This document shows positions 41,546 to 56,426 of a stretch of 64,000 nt of DNA, in pieces. Position 1 is the stretch's first letter. Each line of letters starts with the position of its first letter. The translations under genes and the position numbers were made by a program. The DNA is from the human T2T-CHM13v2.0 reference genome, Homo sapiens: the NCBI RefSeq assembly GCF_009914755.1, contig NC_060926.1. One strand, written 5' to 3'. The notes below the pieces were generated by a model, which did not search any database, was not told the origin of the DNA, and saw only the letters and a list, made by a program, of their open reading frames with translations.

Positions 41546-43842
41546 TATAGGTATGTTTCTTTTTGCTTAATTTGAAAAAGTCTAACTCCTGTGACTACAA
41601 GGGAAACGGTTCAAAAAGGTTTAAAGGAGGCAAGAGTGGAGCTGAGGAAGTAAGCTATAAAGCCGTTATGAAGTAACTGACAAATATCTGAAGGTAGTAA
41701 GCAGCAATGGACATATTAGAAACAGGAAGAATTTTTTATTTTAGAGACTCGGTATGAAAGACAAGAGAGAGATGGGGAGCAAAGTAATTTCCGGGGTTTC
41801 TAGACTGGGTGAATCTCAGAGCCCAGTGAAAACAGGAGCTTTAAATACATTAGAAGAGAAGCTTAATGAAAGTTCAAATTAATAATGTATTATTATTATT
41901 ATTATTATTGAAAGTCTTTGGAGAGAGGAAATTAGAAAAAGCAAGACAAGTTAATTGTTTCCCCCCAAGTAATAATTTAACACAGATATGAAAATTATTT
42001 TATATGACCTATTACTAATGCACTAGTATCTACCTTTCTTTCCAATGACTAATTTTTCTCCAAAATATGTGATTTATGTTTCCTTAATTTCATTAAAGAT
42101 CAGTGTTTTCTCCTCTAGGATGGTAATATGTAGGTACTTCGTACTCAGATGTTAAGCAACTGAACTGAGAAAGTCCCAAAATAAATGTCTGTGCAAATGA
42201 GCCATATGCCCCTGGGTTAAAGGACAATGACACAGTCTTAACCAGTCATGCGCTTTCTAGCTCATACCCTGATAAATGAAAGGGCAAGGAGAGTTGTGTT
42301 TAATAGTATATTCTTCAATGAAATGTCACTTTTTCCTCAATGTGTCCTCTGGGTGAGCTCATTAAAATCATGTTTGCTGCAATGTCAGCACACCAAGTTG
42401 CTGACTTTCTTGTTGCCTTACCACATGGTACAAAAATGAATTCTGCCATAGGATAAGCTTAGGTCTTAAAGGCTCCATATCATGGAGTATAATGTATATT
42501 CTTGTTTTGCAATCCATAGTTCTAACATCTCTATCTCTCCCTTTTATGTTATTAGCACTCATTCGTATCACATGTGGATGGGAATTAAATACACTGAAAT
42601 GGCATTACTAATGTTCTATGGCCCAAATCCAGAAAAATAACTATCTTACTAAATATATCTGAACCTCTCAGTTCTACTTAGTGGAAATTGGTATAGTGTC
42701 ACACAGTTTTACATTCTTAACTACTGCTAAAAGACTATGCTTGACAAATACCATTTAGCCCCTCAAATTATAAAAGCAATGTTCGACTTCAATAAGTTGA
42801 AATATACACTATAAATATGTATAAAAGCAATATTAATAATCACCCCTCCCTTTCATACATTTCTCACATGACCATTGAAACCAATGCTAAGAATATGTTG
42901 CATACATTTGCATAGCTTTCTCCTTGCTCATATATAGTTGATATATACATGGTTGGTAAGTAAGTGGTTTAAAGAGTAATTTTCTTGTAATGCAGTTGCC
43001 TTGATCCTCATAAATATAAATACAACTCAATTAATGGATAACCTTTCATCTTAAGCTATACCATGAAGTTACCATGCAATAGTTATATGATTTGCTATGT
43101 TCTGCAATATGTAATACCTGAATAACGTTAACAGAAAGACACATGAATAAATAAAATAGACATGCTTTTAAATTATACAAATTATCTGTTTGTTTAATTG
43201 AAGCTCTTTATTTCTGTTGTTATGAAATAAAAAATTTGGTTTAATTAATTTTTATGCATGTGGGAATTCTCTACTAGCTGAGGAGAAGAACTCTGAAAAG
43301 CTACCAGTTTTCACTACATGCAACTCTGGAACATTTCCTGAGTCAAACCTTATTATTTATAAACGACAACAAAGGTGTCAATAAAATGACAGTGGATTTA
43401 TCAACGGATTACTGTTTGCATTGTGAATAATTTAGAGTAATTTATTATACTCTAACAAATTAAAAAAATATAACAGGTATGGAGAAGAAGAGGATTCTCT
43501 TCTATACAGTGTGTTGTTTATAGTGTCATTTTCAAAACTAACTGCAAAATAATTAAGAAATCTGACATTTATACTAAAATTTTGCCAATAAAACAAAATT
43601 TCTAAATTCATCTATTGATATTGAAATATATGAAGCATAAACTTTATTTGCTATAAAATTGAAAGCCACATTTATAATAAATTTTATAGCTGAATCAAAA
43701 TAATGTCACAGCAAATAAACTTAACTGCAGTAAAGAATTTATGCATTGTACTTATACTGTCATTATTCTTACCTTATCTTCAGAAGTACTTCCTACAAAG
43801 TTTGGAACATTGTAGTACAGTGTTTATAAAAAGAGCTAGACA

Positions 43843-44149
<307 letters not shown>

Positions 44150-47100
44150 TTAGACAAAAAGGTTTCCTTATCTCTGTGTTAGATTGTGTTGTTCCTTTAC
44201 TGGATAACCTCAGGTACATCTTGATCTACTAGTTTATTAAGTGATACAAGCTGTAACTAATTTATTGACAAACATCTTTTTCTCTTTCTTTTATGTTTTT
44301 TTTCTGATTTTGAAACTTATTCGTGTCAGAAGTTATGTAGACAGAACTTTTCAAATATGTAATTCTTTCAAATTTAGTACCTTTAATGCTTATGTATTTT
44401 TGCCAGTGTAAATGTTAAATCCACAAAGAAAACCAGTGTTCCATGTAAGAATCCAATAAAGAAATAATTACGGAGTCAATAACAGAAAAAATATTTGTCA
44501 CAATGCTGTAGAGATAAGTTGCCAAGTGTCGACCCCACAAAACGTTGGTACTCTACATAAACCTTTCCTAGGAGAACAGGCAAGTGACAATTTACTATCT
44601 GTGGAACAGAACATCTGACCCTCTCCAACCCCCAGCAGCCAAGTAACAACTTTGCAAAGCCTTGGTGCTCTGTACAAACGTTTCTCAGGCTAGGAGGCAA
44701 GCCGCTGTCCAGGCATATCTGTGCAGCATAGCCTCTGGCCCTGCCAACCAGAGAAGCTGAACAGCAACCTCAGAGACCTCACTCAACCCTAGAGCGCAGA
44801 ATGCAGCTCTGTCCATCTAAAGATTTCAACTGGAAGGACCACCCAGCCAGGGAAGACAGCATGCAATCCTGCCTAATCAGAGGATGTGGTGAAGACAAGT
44901 CAGTAGCTCTGCTTGGCTGTGGAGTCCAGCCAGTGGTCTTACTGGTCTGTGGAGCACTGCTAGCAGTTCCACTCCACCTCAGACAAGACAGTGGCCCTGC
45001 TCAACTAGAGAACCTGGCAGCAGGGTCTATTTGTCCAGAATTGCTACCAACTGGCCTATCTAGAATCCCAGGCTAGTCTAAATAGTAAAGATCCATCTCT
45101 ACAAAGAACATCTGCAAAGGCTGGTAGAGGTGGCCATTTTCTTAAATGTTCAGACACCAATGAGAGGACACAAGGATTACAAAACATCAGGGGGACATAA
45201 CACCCTTAAAAAAAGAACCTAGTAAAGCTCCAATAATAGAACCTGAAAAAAATGAAAATCGGTGAAATTACTGACAAATAATCCAAAATAATCCTAAGAA
45301 GGTCAGATAATTATCATAAAAGATGGCTAGAAAATTAAATAGAACCTGGAAAACATTTCATTAACAGAATGAGAAGTTTGACAAAAAATATAAACAATAA
45401 AAAAGAAATTCTAGATACAAAGATTAAAATAAATGAACAAAAAAGTAGACTTGACCAAGCAAAAGAAAAAATCAGTGAGCTTGAAGAGAGAACATTTGAA
45501 ATTATCTAAAGGGGCATTAAGAAAAAGAAATGAAGAAGGTTTTTGGAAATTATGGGCACCATTAAGAGCACTAACTTTTGCATCATTCAATTCCTGAAGG
45601 AGAAAAGAGAGAAAAAGGCCCACAAAGCATGTTTAAGAAAATAATGGCTAAACGTTTCCAATATCTATGGAAAGAGAACAATCTCTACATACAGGAAGCT
45701 CGAACTCTTCAGTCAGATTAAAACCAAAAAGGAGTTCACCAAGATGCATCATAACCAAACCTGCAAAAACCAAAGGCAAAAAAAAAAAAATCTGAAAGCA
45801 ACCAAATATTAAAAATACGTATCACATACAAGGGAGTTCCAATATGGCTATCAGCAGATTTCTCATCAGAAACTCTGTAAGCCAGAAGAGAGTAAGATAA
45901 TATATTCAAAGTGCTGAAGGTAAAAATTGCCAACCAAGAATACTTTATTTCTCATAGCTGTCCTTTAGGAATAATGGAAAAATAAAAAAGTTCCTCAGGC
46001 AGACGAAAGCTGAAGGTGTTCATCACCACTTGGCTTGCCTTACAAGATTTACCAATGGAAGTTATTTAACCTGAAATAAAAGGCTACTAATTAATAACAT
46101 AAAACATGGAAGCAAAAATCTCAATGGTATTAGTAATGCAGAGTCACATTCAGAATACTCTAATAATATAATGTTGGTGTGCAAAACAATTTTATCTCTA
46201 CTATGTGAATTAAAAGACAAAAATACTGAAAACAACTATAGCTACAATAAATTGGTAAGGGATACAGATTATTAAAAGATGTAAATGTTGATGTCAAAAC
46301 CATAAATTTAGGGGGAAGGAATGAAAGTATACAGTGATTGTATGCAATTAGAGTTAAACTGTTATCAGCTCACAATAGCTTGGTATGAGGTATTTTATGT
46401 AAAGCCTCATAGTAACCACAAAAAAAACTATGATAGTTGCACAAAACATTTTTGAAAATGATTCAAAGCATATCACCACAGAAAACCATCAAAGCACAGT
46501 GATGGCAAGAGAAGAAGAAGAAAAAAAAAGATCAACAGAACAACAACAAAAATTAAAAATGGCAGTCACAAGTTCTTACCTATCAATAATTACTTTAAAT
46601 ATAAATGGAATACATTCTCCAATCAAAAGATATAGAGTGACTGAATGAATAAAAAACAAGACCCAATTACTTTCTGCCTTCAAGAGACTCACTTTACTAG
46701 TAAGGGCACTAAGACTGAAAGTGAAGAAATGCATAATGATACTTCATGCAAATGGAAACCCAGAGACAGGAGAGGTGGCTATACTTAGACAAAACACACT
46801 TAATTCAAGAACTATAAAAAGAGAGAAAAAACTCATTATATGAAGACAAAAGGGTCAATTTATGAAGAGGACATAATCATTGTAAATATAAATGTACCCA
46901 ACATTGGAGTACCTAAATATATAAAGTAATGTTAAATGAACTGTAGAGAGAAATAAACTGCAATACAATAATAGTTGGGGATCTCAATACCCCACTCCCA
47001 ACAATGAATATATCACCCAGACAGAAAATCAACAAGGAAACATTGGGCATAAATTACATTTTGTATCAAATAGACCCAACATACATATTCAGAATATTCC

Positions 47101-47511
47101 ATTCAAAATTAACAGATTATACATTTTTTTCTCAAGCAGATAAGGAACATTCTCCAAGATAGATTGTAGGTTCAGTCACAAAGCAAGTCTTAAAAAGTTT
47201 GCAGGGTTTGAAATCATATCAAGTATCTATTCTGATTACAGATACATGAAACTAGAAATTAACAATAGGAAGAAATTTGGAGAATAAACGTGTGGAAATT
47301 AAACAAGTTATGCTTTAACAACCCGTGGATCACAGGATAAATAAAAAAATTAAAAAATGCCTTGAGTCAAATAAAAATAGAAATACAAGCTTATTCAATG
47401 CAGCAAAAGCAATCCCAAGAGAGAAATTTATAGCAACAAATGCCTGTTTCGAAAAAGAAGATCTCAACGAATTTAATGTTACACCTCAAGAACCTAGAAA
47501 AAGATGAATAT

Positions 47512-48138
47512 GGGAAGTGCCTGGCCCTGCTGCCATGGGGTGGAAAATCACAGACACCAGGATGGGGACTGCCGCTGCCTCTGCCACCATGAGTGATCAG
47601 CAGTTGGACTATGCCTTAGACCTAATGAGGCACCTACCTCCACAGCAAATTGAGAAAAAGCTCAGCAACCTGATTGACCTGATCCCTCATCTATGTGAAG
47701 ATCTCTTGCCTTCTGTTAATCAGATAATGAAAATTGCCAGAGACAAGGAAGTGGGAAAGGATTACCTTTTGTGTGACTGCAACAGAGATGGGGATTGCTA
47801 TAGGTCAAGGGGATTGCTATAGATCAAGATAAAAGTCTGCTGGGATTCACATTGTGGACTGTGAAAAGGCACAGCACCTTCTCTCCCTGAGAATAAAGCC
47901 AGATGGCCACCCTCTGCCATTTCTGAACCTGTCTCCCATCATACATTGCTATCCAAACTCTTCATATTTCCATAGAGACCGTGTGTTTTCTCTTCACCTG
48001 GGCCCCTGCCCCTGTTTCCTCCCAGTCCCCCAACTTATAAGCATAACATACACTGTCTGTCAGGCTCCCTTCCCTTCCACCTTTTTGTTACATTGGTGTA
48101 AAAAATGTAAAACAAAAAAATTATGAACTAAAAAAAAA
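47512..48138 (+). pseudogene. CAPZB: Processed pseudogene of CAPZB (F-actin capping protein beta), internally deleted
   Basis: GCCACCATG at 47589 encodes [40 protein letters not shown]...[18 protein letters not shown], matching the CAPZB N-terminus without introns; followed by 3'UTR-like sequence, poly(A) and TSD AAAAAGATGAATAT. Confidence 0.93.
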
Positions 48139-49532
48139 GATGAATATATTAAGCCCCAAGTTAGCAAACAGAAGAAAATAATAAAGATTTGAACAGAGAT
48201 AAATGTAATAGAGAGTAGAAAAATAATAGAAAAAAATCAACAAACCAAGAGTTGGTTTTTTGAAAAGACAAAATCACCAAATCCTTAGCTAGACTATCTA
48301 GGAAAATAGGAGTTATTAAAGCTGGACAAGGATACTACAAGGAAAGAAAATTATAGGCCAATATTTCTGATGACCATAAATGCAAAAATTCTCAATATTA
48401 AGAAACCAAATTGAACAACACATTATAGAATCACTGACCATGATTTTAGGGGGGAATTATCTCTGGGATCCAAAGATAGTTCAATATAAACAAATCAATA
48501 AATGTAATATGCCACATTAACGGAATGAAGGACGCAAACCTTATGATCATTTCAATAGATGCAGAAAGAGCATTTGACAAAATATAATACTCTTTCATAA
48601 TAAAAACTGTCTACAGATTAGGTATAGATTAAATATACCTCAACACAATAAAGACTATAAATAACAAATACTAATTAACATTATATTCAGTGGTGAAAAG
48701 CAAAGTAAAGTGCTTTTCTGCTAAGATCAGGGTCAAGATAAGGATGCTCACACTCACCACTTACTTTCAACACAGTACTGGAAGTCCTAGCTAGAGCAAT
48801 TAGGCAAGAGAAAGAAATAAAAGGCATACTAATAGGAAAGTAAGATGTGAAATTGCTGATCACATGATCTGTTAAAAAGGAAACCTTAAGGATTCCACCA
48901 AAAAATTGTTAGAAGAGTTAAACAAATTCAGTAAAGTTGCAGGATACAAAATTCATATAGAAAATATATATGCTATGTTTATATATACTAATAATGAACT
49001 AGCAGAAAAAAATTAATTCTATTTACAATAGCAACAAAGATACTTAGGTGCAAATTTACTTAGAGGTGAAACACATATATGCTGAAAATTATAAAACACT
49101 GATGAAAGAAATTGATTAAAACACAAATAAATGAAAAAAATCCCATGTTCATGTACTGAAAGAATTAGTAGTGTTAAAATGTATATATTACCCAAAGTGA
49201 TTTAAAGAGTCAATGCAATCCCTATCAAAATTGCATGGCATTTTTCAAGAAATAGGGAAAACGATGTTTAAAGTTGTATGAAACTATGAAATAATGTGAA
49301 TAGCCAAAACAACCTTGAACAAAAAGAACAAGGTTAAAGGCATTGCACTTCATGACTTCAAAAGTTATTATAATTAAAACAGCATGCTACTGGCATAAAA
49401 ACAGAGACATCAATGAATGAAGCAGGAAGAAAGCTCAGAAACAAACCAACACATTTATGGTCAATTGATTTTGGACAAGTATGTCAAGAATACTCAATGG
49501 GAAAAAGAGAGTGTCTTCAATAAATTATATTG

Positions 49533-50972
49533 ACACTACTCAACTTTAAACTATACCATAAGGCTACAGTAATAAAAACAGCATGGTACTAGTATAAAAA
49601 CCTACACATAGACCAATGAAACATAATATAAAGCACAGTAAAAAGATACACACCTACAACTGTCTAATCTTTGACAAAAGTCACAAAAACAGGCAACGGT
49701 GAAGTAATTCTCAATTCAATAAATGGAGCTGGGATATCTGACTACCCATATGCAGAAGAATGAAATTAGACCCTTACCTTTCACCACATACAAAAATTAA
49801 ATAAGATGTATTAAAGATTTAAATGTAAGAGTTCTAACTATAAAAATCTTAAAAGAAAACCTAGGAAATACTCTTCTCAATATTGGTCTTGGCAAAGAAT
49901 TTGTGGCTAAGTTTTGAAAAGCAATTGCAATAAAACCAAAAATTGATAAGTGGGATATAGTTAAACTAAAGAGCTACAGTACAGCAAAAGAAACTATCAA
50001 CAGAGTAAACAGGCAACATATCAAATGGGAGAAAATATTTGCAAACTATGCATCCAACAAAGGTCTAATGTCCAGAATCTATAAGGGACTTGAACAAATC
50101 AACAAGCAAAAAAAAAAAAAAAAAAAAAAAACCCATTAGAAATGGGCAATGGATATGAAGAGACGCTTCTCAAAAAAGACATCAAACAGCCAAAAAGACA
50201 TAGAAATAGCCAACAGACATTTTAAAAAATGTTTATCATCTCTAATCATCAGAGAAATGCAAATAAAAACCATGATGAGATACCATTTCACACTAGTCAA
50301 AATGACTTATATTAAAAAAGTCAAAAAAATAGACTTGGGTGAAGTTGTGGAGAAAAAGAAATACTTATAAACTGCTAGTGGGAATATAAATTAGTTCACC
50401 CACTGTGGAAAGCAGTTTGGTGATTTCTCAAGGAACTTAAAACAAAGCTACCATTGAACCCAGCAATCCTATTACTGGATGTATAAGCCAAAGAAAATAG
50501 ATCATTATACCAAAGAGACACAAGCACTTGCATGTTCATCACAACACAATTTACAATAGAAAAGACATGGAATCAACCTAGGTGCCCATCAAGAGTGGAT
50601 TTGGATAAAGAAAATGTAGTACATATACTACATGGAATAGTATGCAGCCGTAAAAAATAATGAAATCATGTCCTTTGCAGCAACAGGGTTATAGCTGGAG
50701 TCCATAATCCTAAGTGAATTACTGCAGGAACAAAAAATTAAATACTACATGTTCTCACTTGTAAGTGGGAGTTAAACATTGAACACACATGGACAGAAAC
50801 ATGGGAACAAGAGACATGTGGGCTACTAGAGTGGGGAGGGAGCAGGGTGTGAATTGAAAATCTACCTATTATGTACCATGTTCACTACCTGGGTGTAATA
50901 TACCTATGTAATAAATCTGTACATGTACCTCCTGATTCTAAAATAAAAGTTGAAATTAAAAACAAAACAAAA
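49533..50972 (+). mobile_element. 5'-truncated L1PA15/16-like element nested in the L1MA
   Basis: ORF2 3' region repeats (CATAAGGCTACAGTAATAAAAACAGCATGG); own 3'UTR and A-tail at ~50940-50972; the host L1 resumes afterwards; degenerate TSD AAATTATATTG/AAATTGTGTAG. Confidence 0.8.
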
Positions 50973-52339
50973 AATTGTGTAGGGAAAACCGGTTTGCCAC
51001 ATGCAGAAGGATAAGATTGGACCCGTATATTATACCATACACAAATATCAACTCAAAATGGAAGAAGGCCTAAATATAAAACCTGAAACTGTTAAACTAC
51101 TAGAAAAAAATATGGGACAACTTATACAACATTAGTTGGGCAATGACTTTTGCATATAACCTCATGGGGTTGCATCAAACTAAAATGCTTCTGCACAACA
51201 AAGAAAACAATTAACAAAGTGCAGAAGCAACCTACAGAGTGGATTAAAATATTTCCAAACTACTCATCTGATTAGGAGTTAATATCCAAAATATATAAGA
51301 ACTCAAACAACTCAATAGCAAAAACAAACAACCTGATTAAAAAAGTAGGCAAATGATCTAAAAAAACATTTCTCAAAAGAAGACATCCAAACGACTAAGA
51401 GGTACATAAAAAAGATTCTCAGTATCACTAACCATTAGGGAAATACAAATTAAAACCACAATAAGCTATCACCTCACACCTGTTGCATATTATCAAAATG
51501 ATGAAAGATTACAAGTACTGGTGAGGATGTAAACAAAAGGGAATCATTGCACACTGTTCATGGGAATGTAAATTAGCACATACAGTATGCAAAATTGTGT
51601 GGAGGTTCCTTAAAAAACTAAATTAGAACTATCATATGATCCAATAATCCCACTATTGAGTATGTATCCAAAGGAAAGGAAATCAGTATGTCAAAGAGTT
51701 ATATTTACCTCCATGTTCATTGCAGCACTATTTACAATAGCCAAGATGCAGAATAAACCCAAGTGTCTATCAATGGATGAATGAAGAAAGTGAATGTGGT
51801 ATATATACACACAATGCAATATTATTCAGCCATAAAAAGAACAAAATTCTGTTACTGGAGGCCATGTGAATGACCCTGGAGGACATTATGTTAAGTGAAA
51901 TAATCCAGACATTTTATCCTATAAATGTATACAATTATAATTTGTCAATTAAAATAGCATTATTAAAAATACTAAAGAGTGCAGACTGTACCAATTCCTC
52001 TTCTTAACACTGTTATGTTAGACAGAGTAGCATTAAGGGTCAGCCTTGCATGTTCAATTAAACTGTTATATTCATTTAAAAAAATGTTCACATATGGTCA
52101 GATTTTATCATATTTCAAATTATTGCCTTGGGCATAGTTGCATATTTTGTAAAACACAAACACCATTTTTAATTTTCATTAAGACAGCAATAATTCTCAA
52201 AGCAATAATTATTCAACAGAATTCAGGAACAGACAACAGCAACAACAGTAAAGGGAGGTAATGCAAAATTTATACTGTATTTTACAGTCTACTACAAAGT
52301 AAAGACAGTTTATTGTCTATAGGACTACAGGTGATGCAG

Positions 52340-52550
52340 TCAGAAAAACTTGAATGGAAGTCTTGGCTTCATGCCCACCAACTGTGCAGATTTGAACCAA
52401 TATAATTATTCACTGGGCTCTCAGTTTACACATACACAAATTGGAAATAACAGATACCTCTGAGAGTTGTTCTGACAATTAAATAGGATGATGTCTATTA
52501 AGTACCTGATACATTGCAAGTTGTCAATATACATTAGTAATTTCATATAA
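52340..52550 (+). mobile_element. MIR
   Basis: CTGGGCTCTCAGTTTACACATACACAAATTGGAAATAACAGATACCTCTGAGAGTTGTT resembles the MIR core. Confidence 0.6.
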
Positions 52551-53649
52551 TTGTATATAATCCAAAGCAGTTTCTTCAGAGGTGCTGTCATCAAACTCTT
52601 GACCATTTAATAGAAATGTAGTTAAATGACTATGATGCATAACAATAAAGTGACCTTTTCACAACTGAGGAAATGAGAAAATTATTGAAGTGGGAAGTAA
52701 GAGGAAAAGATATTTAAAATAGCCTTTATTTTAGTATAACATAAAATATATAGAATTCTAAAAATGTTCAAAGAAATCCCTCTAATATTCAGGGAGTTAC
52801 CTAATATTCACTTAATTTTATTAAAAATACTGATTATAAACACTATATTGCATTCAACATATATTCATGTTTTTCCTCATGTGCCAGGTATTGATAGACA
52901 CCAGCAGTCACCTTTGATGCCTCCTACTCTCTCCTTTGTACTGGTTCTAAGTCCTGTTCCAGGTCCTGTTCATTCTGTAGTTTCCCATGCCCATGTCCTC
53001 CTTGTCATTCCCCTAGTCATTGCTTCTGTTCAGACCTATTTCATCCAAACTTATAAAATGTATTCCCAACTTCTTCTGCAACTTTCATTATTATTTCTTT
53101 TAGTGTTTAAGTTGAACTGGTATCAGTTCAATAACATGAGTGAAATTATGTCAACTCTCTAAAACACAAAAACTGGCAAGGATTTTCCCAACACCCCCAC
53201 AATAAAATCTAACTATTTATGTGATTTTTGTCTCTTTATCATTTGAAGAGACAAAATCCACTTTCCAATTTATTTCCTATAATTACAAGGAAAATAAAGT
53301 TTTTGATGAGCATGGGCTATGGATGATTAGTCAGTGGTAATACTAATAGGAATAATGTGGTAAACACTAGAATAAATAATGTTGAAAGCTATGGAAGTTT
53401 TGAGGGTAAATTTTATAGTTTAGATAAAATAGATATAGACTTGGTAGGGAAGTGAATGAGATCAACAAGAGCTGGTAACCCAGCGGGAAATGGAGGGAGT
53501 GATCATGTGGCTGACATGTGTGCAGTGAGATGTCTATAAAGGTAGAGTTAGTAATCTGGGAGGGATATACTCAAATTTAGACTCCCAAAGTTAAGCAGTT
53601 CCACATTCCATAGGTCTAGAATGCAGCCATAGGTTTGATTTACTTTCTG

Positions 53650-54011
53650 TGTTCTATAGACAGAATGTGTTCCTCCAAAGTTCATATATTGAAATCCAAA
53701 TCCCCAAGAGGATAATATTAGGAGGTAGGGCCTTTGAGAAGTGATTAGGTCATGAGGGTGAGGCCTTCATGATTGGGAATAGTGTCCTCATAAAACGGCC
53801 CAAGAGAGCTAGCTAGTCCCTTCCACACTGTGAGGACACAGCAAAAAGGTGCCATGTGTGATTCAGAAGATGGGCCCTAACCAGTGCTGATATAATAACA
53901 TGCTGATGCTTTAAACTTGAAACTTCTCCACTTCCATAACTGTGAGAAATAAATTGTTTATAACTTACCCAGTCTATAGTATTTTTATACCAATCAGAAC
54001 CAAATAAGACA
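53650..54011 (+). mobile_element. MLT1A-like solo LTR
   Basis: ATTAGGAGGTAGGGCCTTTGAGAAGTGATTAGGTCATGAGGG...ACTGTGAGAAATAAAT...TAAGACA. Confidence 0.8.
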
Positions 54012-54977
54012 TGGAAGTTAAAACATTGTCTTCTCTTCCAGTCTCCAAGAAGAGAGATGCTTCCTAAATAGACCTAGTCGTTTGCAAATCTCTACTCCAC
54101 CTCCTGAAGTGAAGGGACCTATTTAATGAATTTGGGAAATGGGGTGGCCATATGTGATGAAGCCTCTTTTCTCTTCGTGATCTACTTGGTTGTGGTGAGC
54201 ACACTCTGGTCTGCTACTCAAGCCATACATTTTATAAATGCAGTTCTGCCCCATCCAGAGTCCACAGTTGTCCTGCATTGCCTGTGACTGAGATCAGAGA
54301 GTCTGTCTTTTTCTGGGGTCATTTGGAAGCTCATTGTTTTTCAGTTATCCAAGCCCCATCCTACAAACTATCCCTTATTGGAAATAAGAGTTGTATTTTT
54401 ATGTTCGTCTAACTTATTCTTTTGATTTATCTCAATAGGTTCAGAATTTGAAGAGTTCTTATTAATTTCTTATGTGTATCTTCTAGGTAAAAAGTTAATA
54501 TTTGATTGATAGCTGAGTTGTATTCAATGTTAACAGTTATGGAGATATTTTATATGTTTTTTAAGGCATAATGTTTTAGTCATCCCTTAGGTTGTATTAT
54601 GCCAGACCTAGAATAAAATGCATTGTGTGTTGTGGGAAAGAATACCTTATCAATTCAATGCTCTTTTATGGAAAAATAAAAATAAAATAAAAGATAACTA
54701 TACCCTAGCTGCTTAAATTGTCTATTCTATAACATCTAGATTTATGTAAAACACAATATTGTAAAGAAAAAATAAAAACTTAAAAATTCATATGTCTAAT
54801 GTATCAATAGAGAAATTATTTTATTTCTGTTTTATCTTAGCCCAAACTTCATTACACAAACTGAAAATATTTCTCCACAAAATAAATGTCCCAATAATTT
54901 GAAGGATATCTGGGTATGTCTTAAGAAAGTGTAGAGAGGCACTATACACTTTGTTGTCCAAATCGTCCACAAAACTA

Positions 54978-55395
54978 CAGGAACATTGTGGAGATATTGT
55001 GGATTTTAGTCCAGACCGTGGCAATAAAGTGAATATCACAATAAAGTCAGTCACATTTTTTTTTGGTTTCCCAGTACATATAAAAATTATGTTTACACAA
55101 TATTATAGTCTATTAAGTGTACAATAGCAGTAAGTCTAAAAATGTACATACCCTAAATAAGAAATATTATATTGCCAAATAATGCTAACAATCACTTAGC
55201 ATTTGTTTGTTGTAATATTTTCACTGGTGGAAGGTCCTGCCTTGATGTTGATGGCTACTGATGGATCAGGGTGGTGGTTGCTGAAGGTTGGTGTGTCTGT
55301 GGAAATTTCTTAAAATAAGACAACAATAAAATTTGCCACATCAATTGACTCTTCCTTTTGCAAAAGATTTTTCTGTAGTGTGATTTGACGGCATT
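54978..55395 (-). mobile_element. Tigger1 DNA transposon terminal fragment
   Basis: TA|CAGG...GGAGATATTGTGG...CCAGACCGTGGCAATAAAGTGAATATCACAATAAAG...TTTTTTGGTTTCCCAGTACATATAAAA resembles the Tigger1 end. Confidence 0.8.
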
Positions 55396-55809
55396 AGAGA
55401 CCAAGATCTGGGTAGTGGCTATATTTGTTTCTATTTTGATGTAGTTGCCCGTAGGCCACTTAGCTGACAATGAAGGGAAATCTGTTTGTTTATACTGGCC
55501 AATGCATATAAACCATAAATATTTCTATATGCAAACATCTGTATCAATATTAAGCTAAACTGAGTTCACTCAGATATCGCCAATGCTAATACACTTCCTT
55601 GTGAATCATTCTAGCATTCTCTTCTTTCTTGTCTTTATACTTCCACTGCCACAGTGAGAAAACTGGTTCCAATCTTCCACCATCCATTTACATAAGAGTT
55701 TCATTTCAATATGTATGAATAGAGTTGTCAGACTTGTTAATGCATTTCCCCTGATGACAAACAAATCTATAAACTGGAATGTAATGCTTATGTGCAAATT
55801 ATTTTTATG

Positions 55810-56263
55810 GTGACAAAAGTGCCTCCATCTTGGGTGCTAATCCGCCATGTTGACTTCTGATTAGCCCTAGTCCCATGAATGCCTCCTGGTCCCTACTTTA
55901 TTGTCACTAATGTAAGAACATGTACTCACTATAAATCCTGCCTTTAGATCAAAGAAAGCTTGATGTTATCACACAAATTATAGGATGTGATGCACATAAC
56001 ATTGTTGCCTGTTCTAAATGTTTGCCTTCAATTGTCTGGCTGGAGCACATATACCTTTTCCCTGTGGTGTATAAGCCCTGGGTCTGGGAAGTAACTGTGG
56101 GTACATATACCTGTCTTGCAGCAGCCAAACACCACCCTTCAGTCTGTAAGTTTCTGTAATAAAACACCCTTTACTGACAAACTGGATTTGTCTATTTTCT
56201 TTGGTTTCTTTGCTCCTGTGGCATTTGGGGTTTGCCTTGCATGTGTAGCCCTATCACAGAAGA
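55810..56263 (+). mobile_element. ERVL LTR, LTR47-like
   Basis: TGACAAAAGTGCCTCCATCTTGGGTGCTAATCCGCCATGTTGAC...TAATAAAACACCCTTTACTGACAAACTGGATTTGTC. Confidence 0.6.
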
Positions 56264-56426
56264 CTTTGCATTTATTTTTATAGACTCCAATTATTTCAAC
56301 AGGTATTTAGGTCAACATTTTTTTGACCCCTTTTACTGGCATTGTTTCATACATTTTTAAGAACATGTATATTTTTAAATAGTTACATTCTAATTTCCAT
56401 CCTGGGATCCCCTGACCATCAGAATG

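Larger units (their letters stand above)
44560..51970 (+). mobile_element. Near full-length old LINE-1 (L1MA-like); hosts the CAPZB retrocopy and a younger L1
   Basis: 5'UTR-like segment, ORF1 remnants (~45150-46000), ORF2 start (SSYLSIITLNINGIHSPIKRYR), L1MA-type terminus ATGTATACAATTATAATTTGTCAATTAAAA. Confidence 0.85.

Noticed and set aside
43477-43508. Candidate microexon YGEEEDSLLY
   Set aside because: No pyrimidine tract and only a 63-nt upstream intron; left out of the chain.
44330-44358. Additional AG/GT-bounded candidate exon
   Set aside because: Would need a 48-nt intron to the next segment, too short to be credible.
52764-53162. 132-aa ORF
   Set aside because: Overlaps L2-like degenerate sequence; no recognisable domain or splice context.
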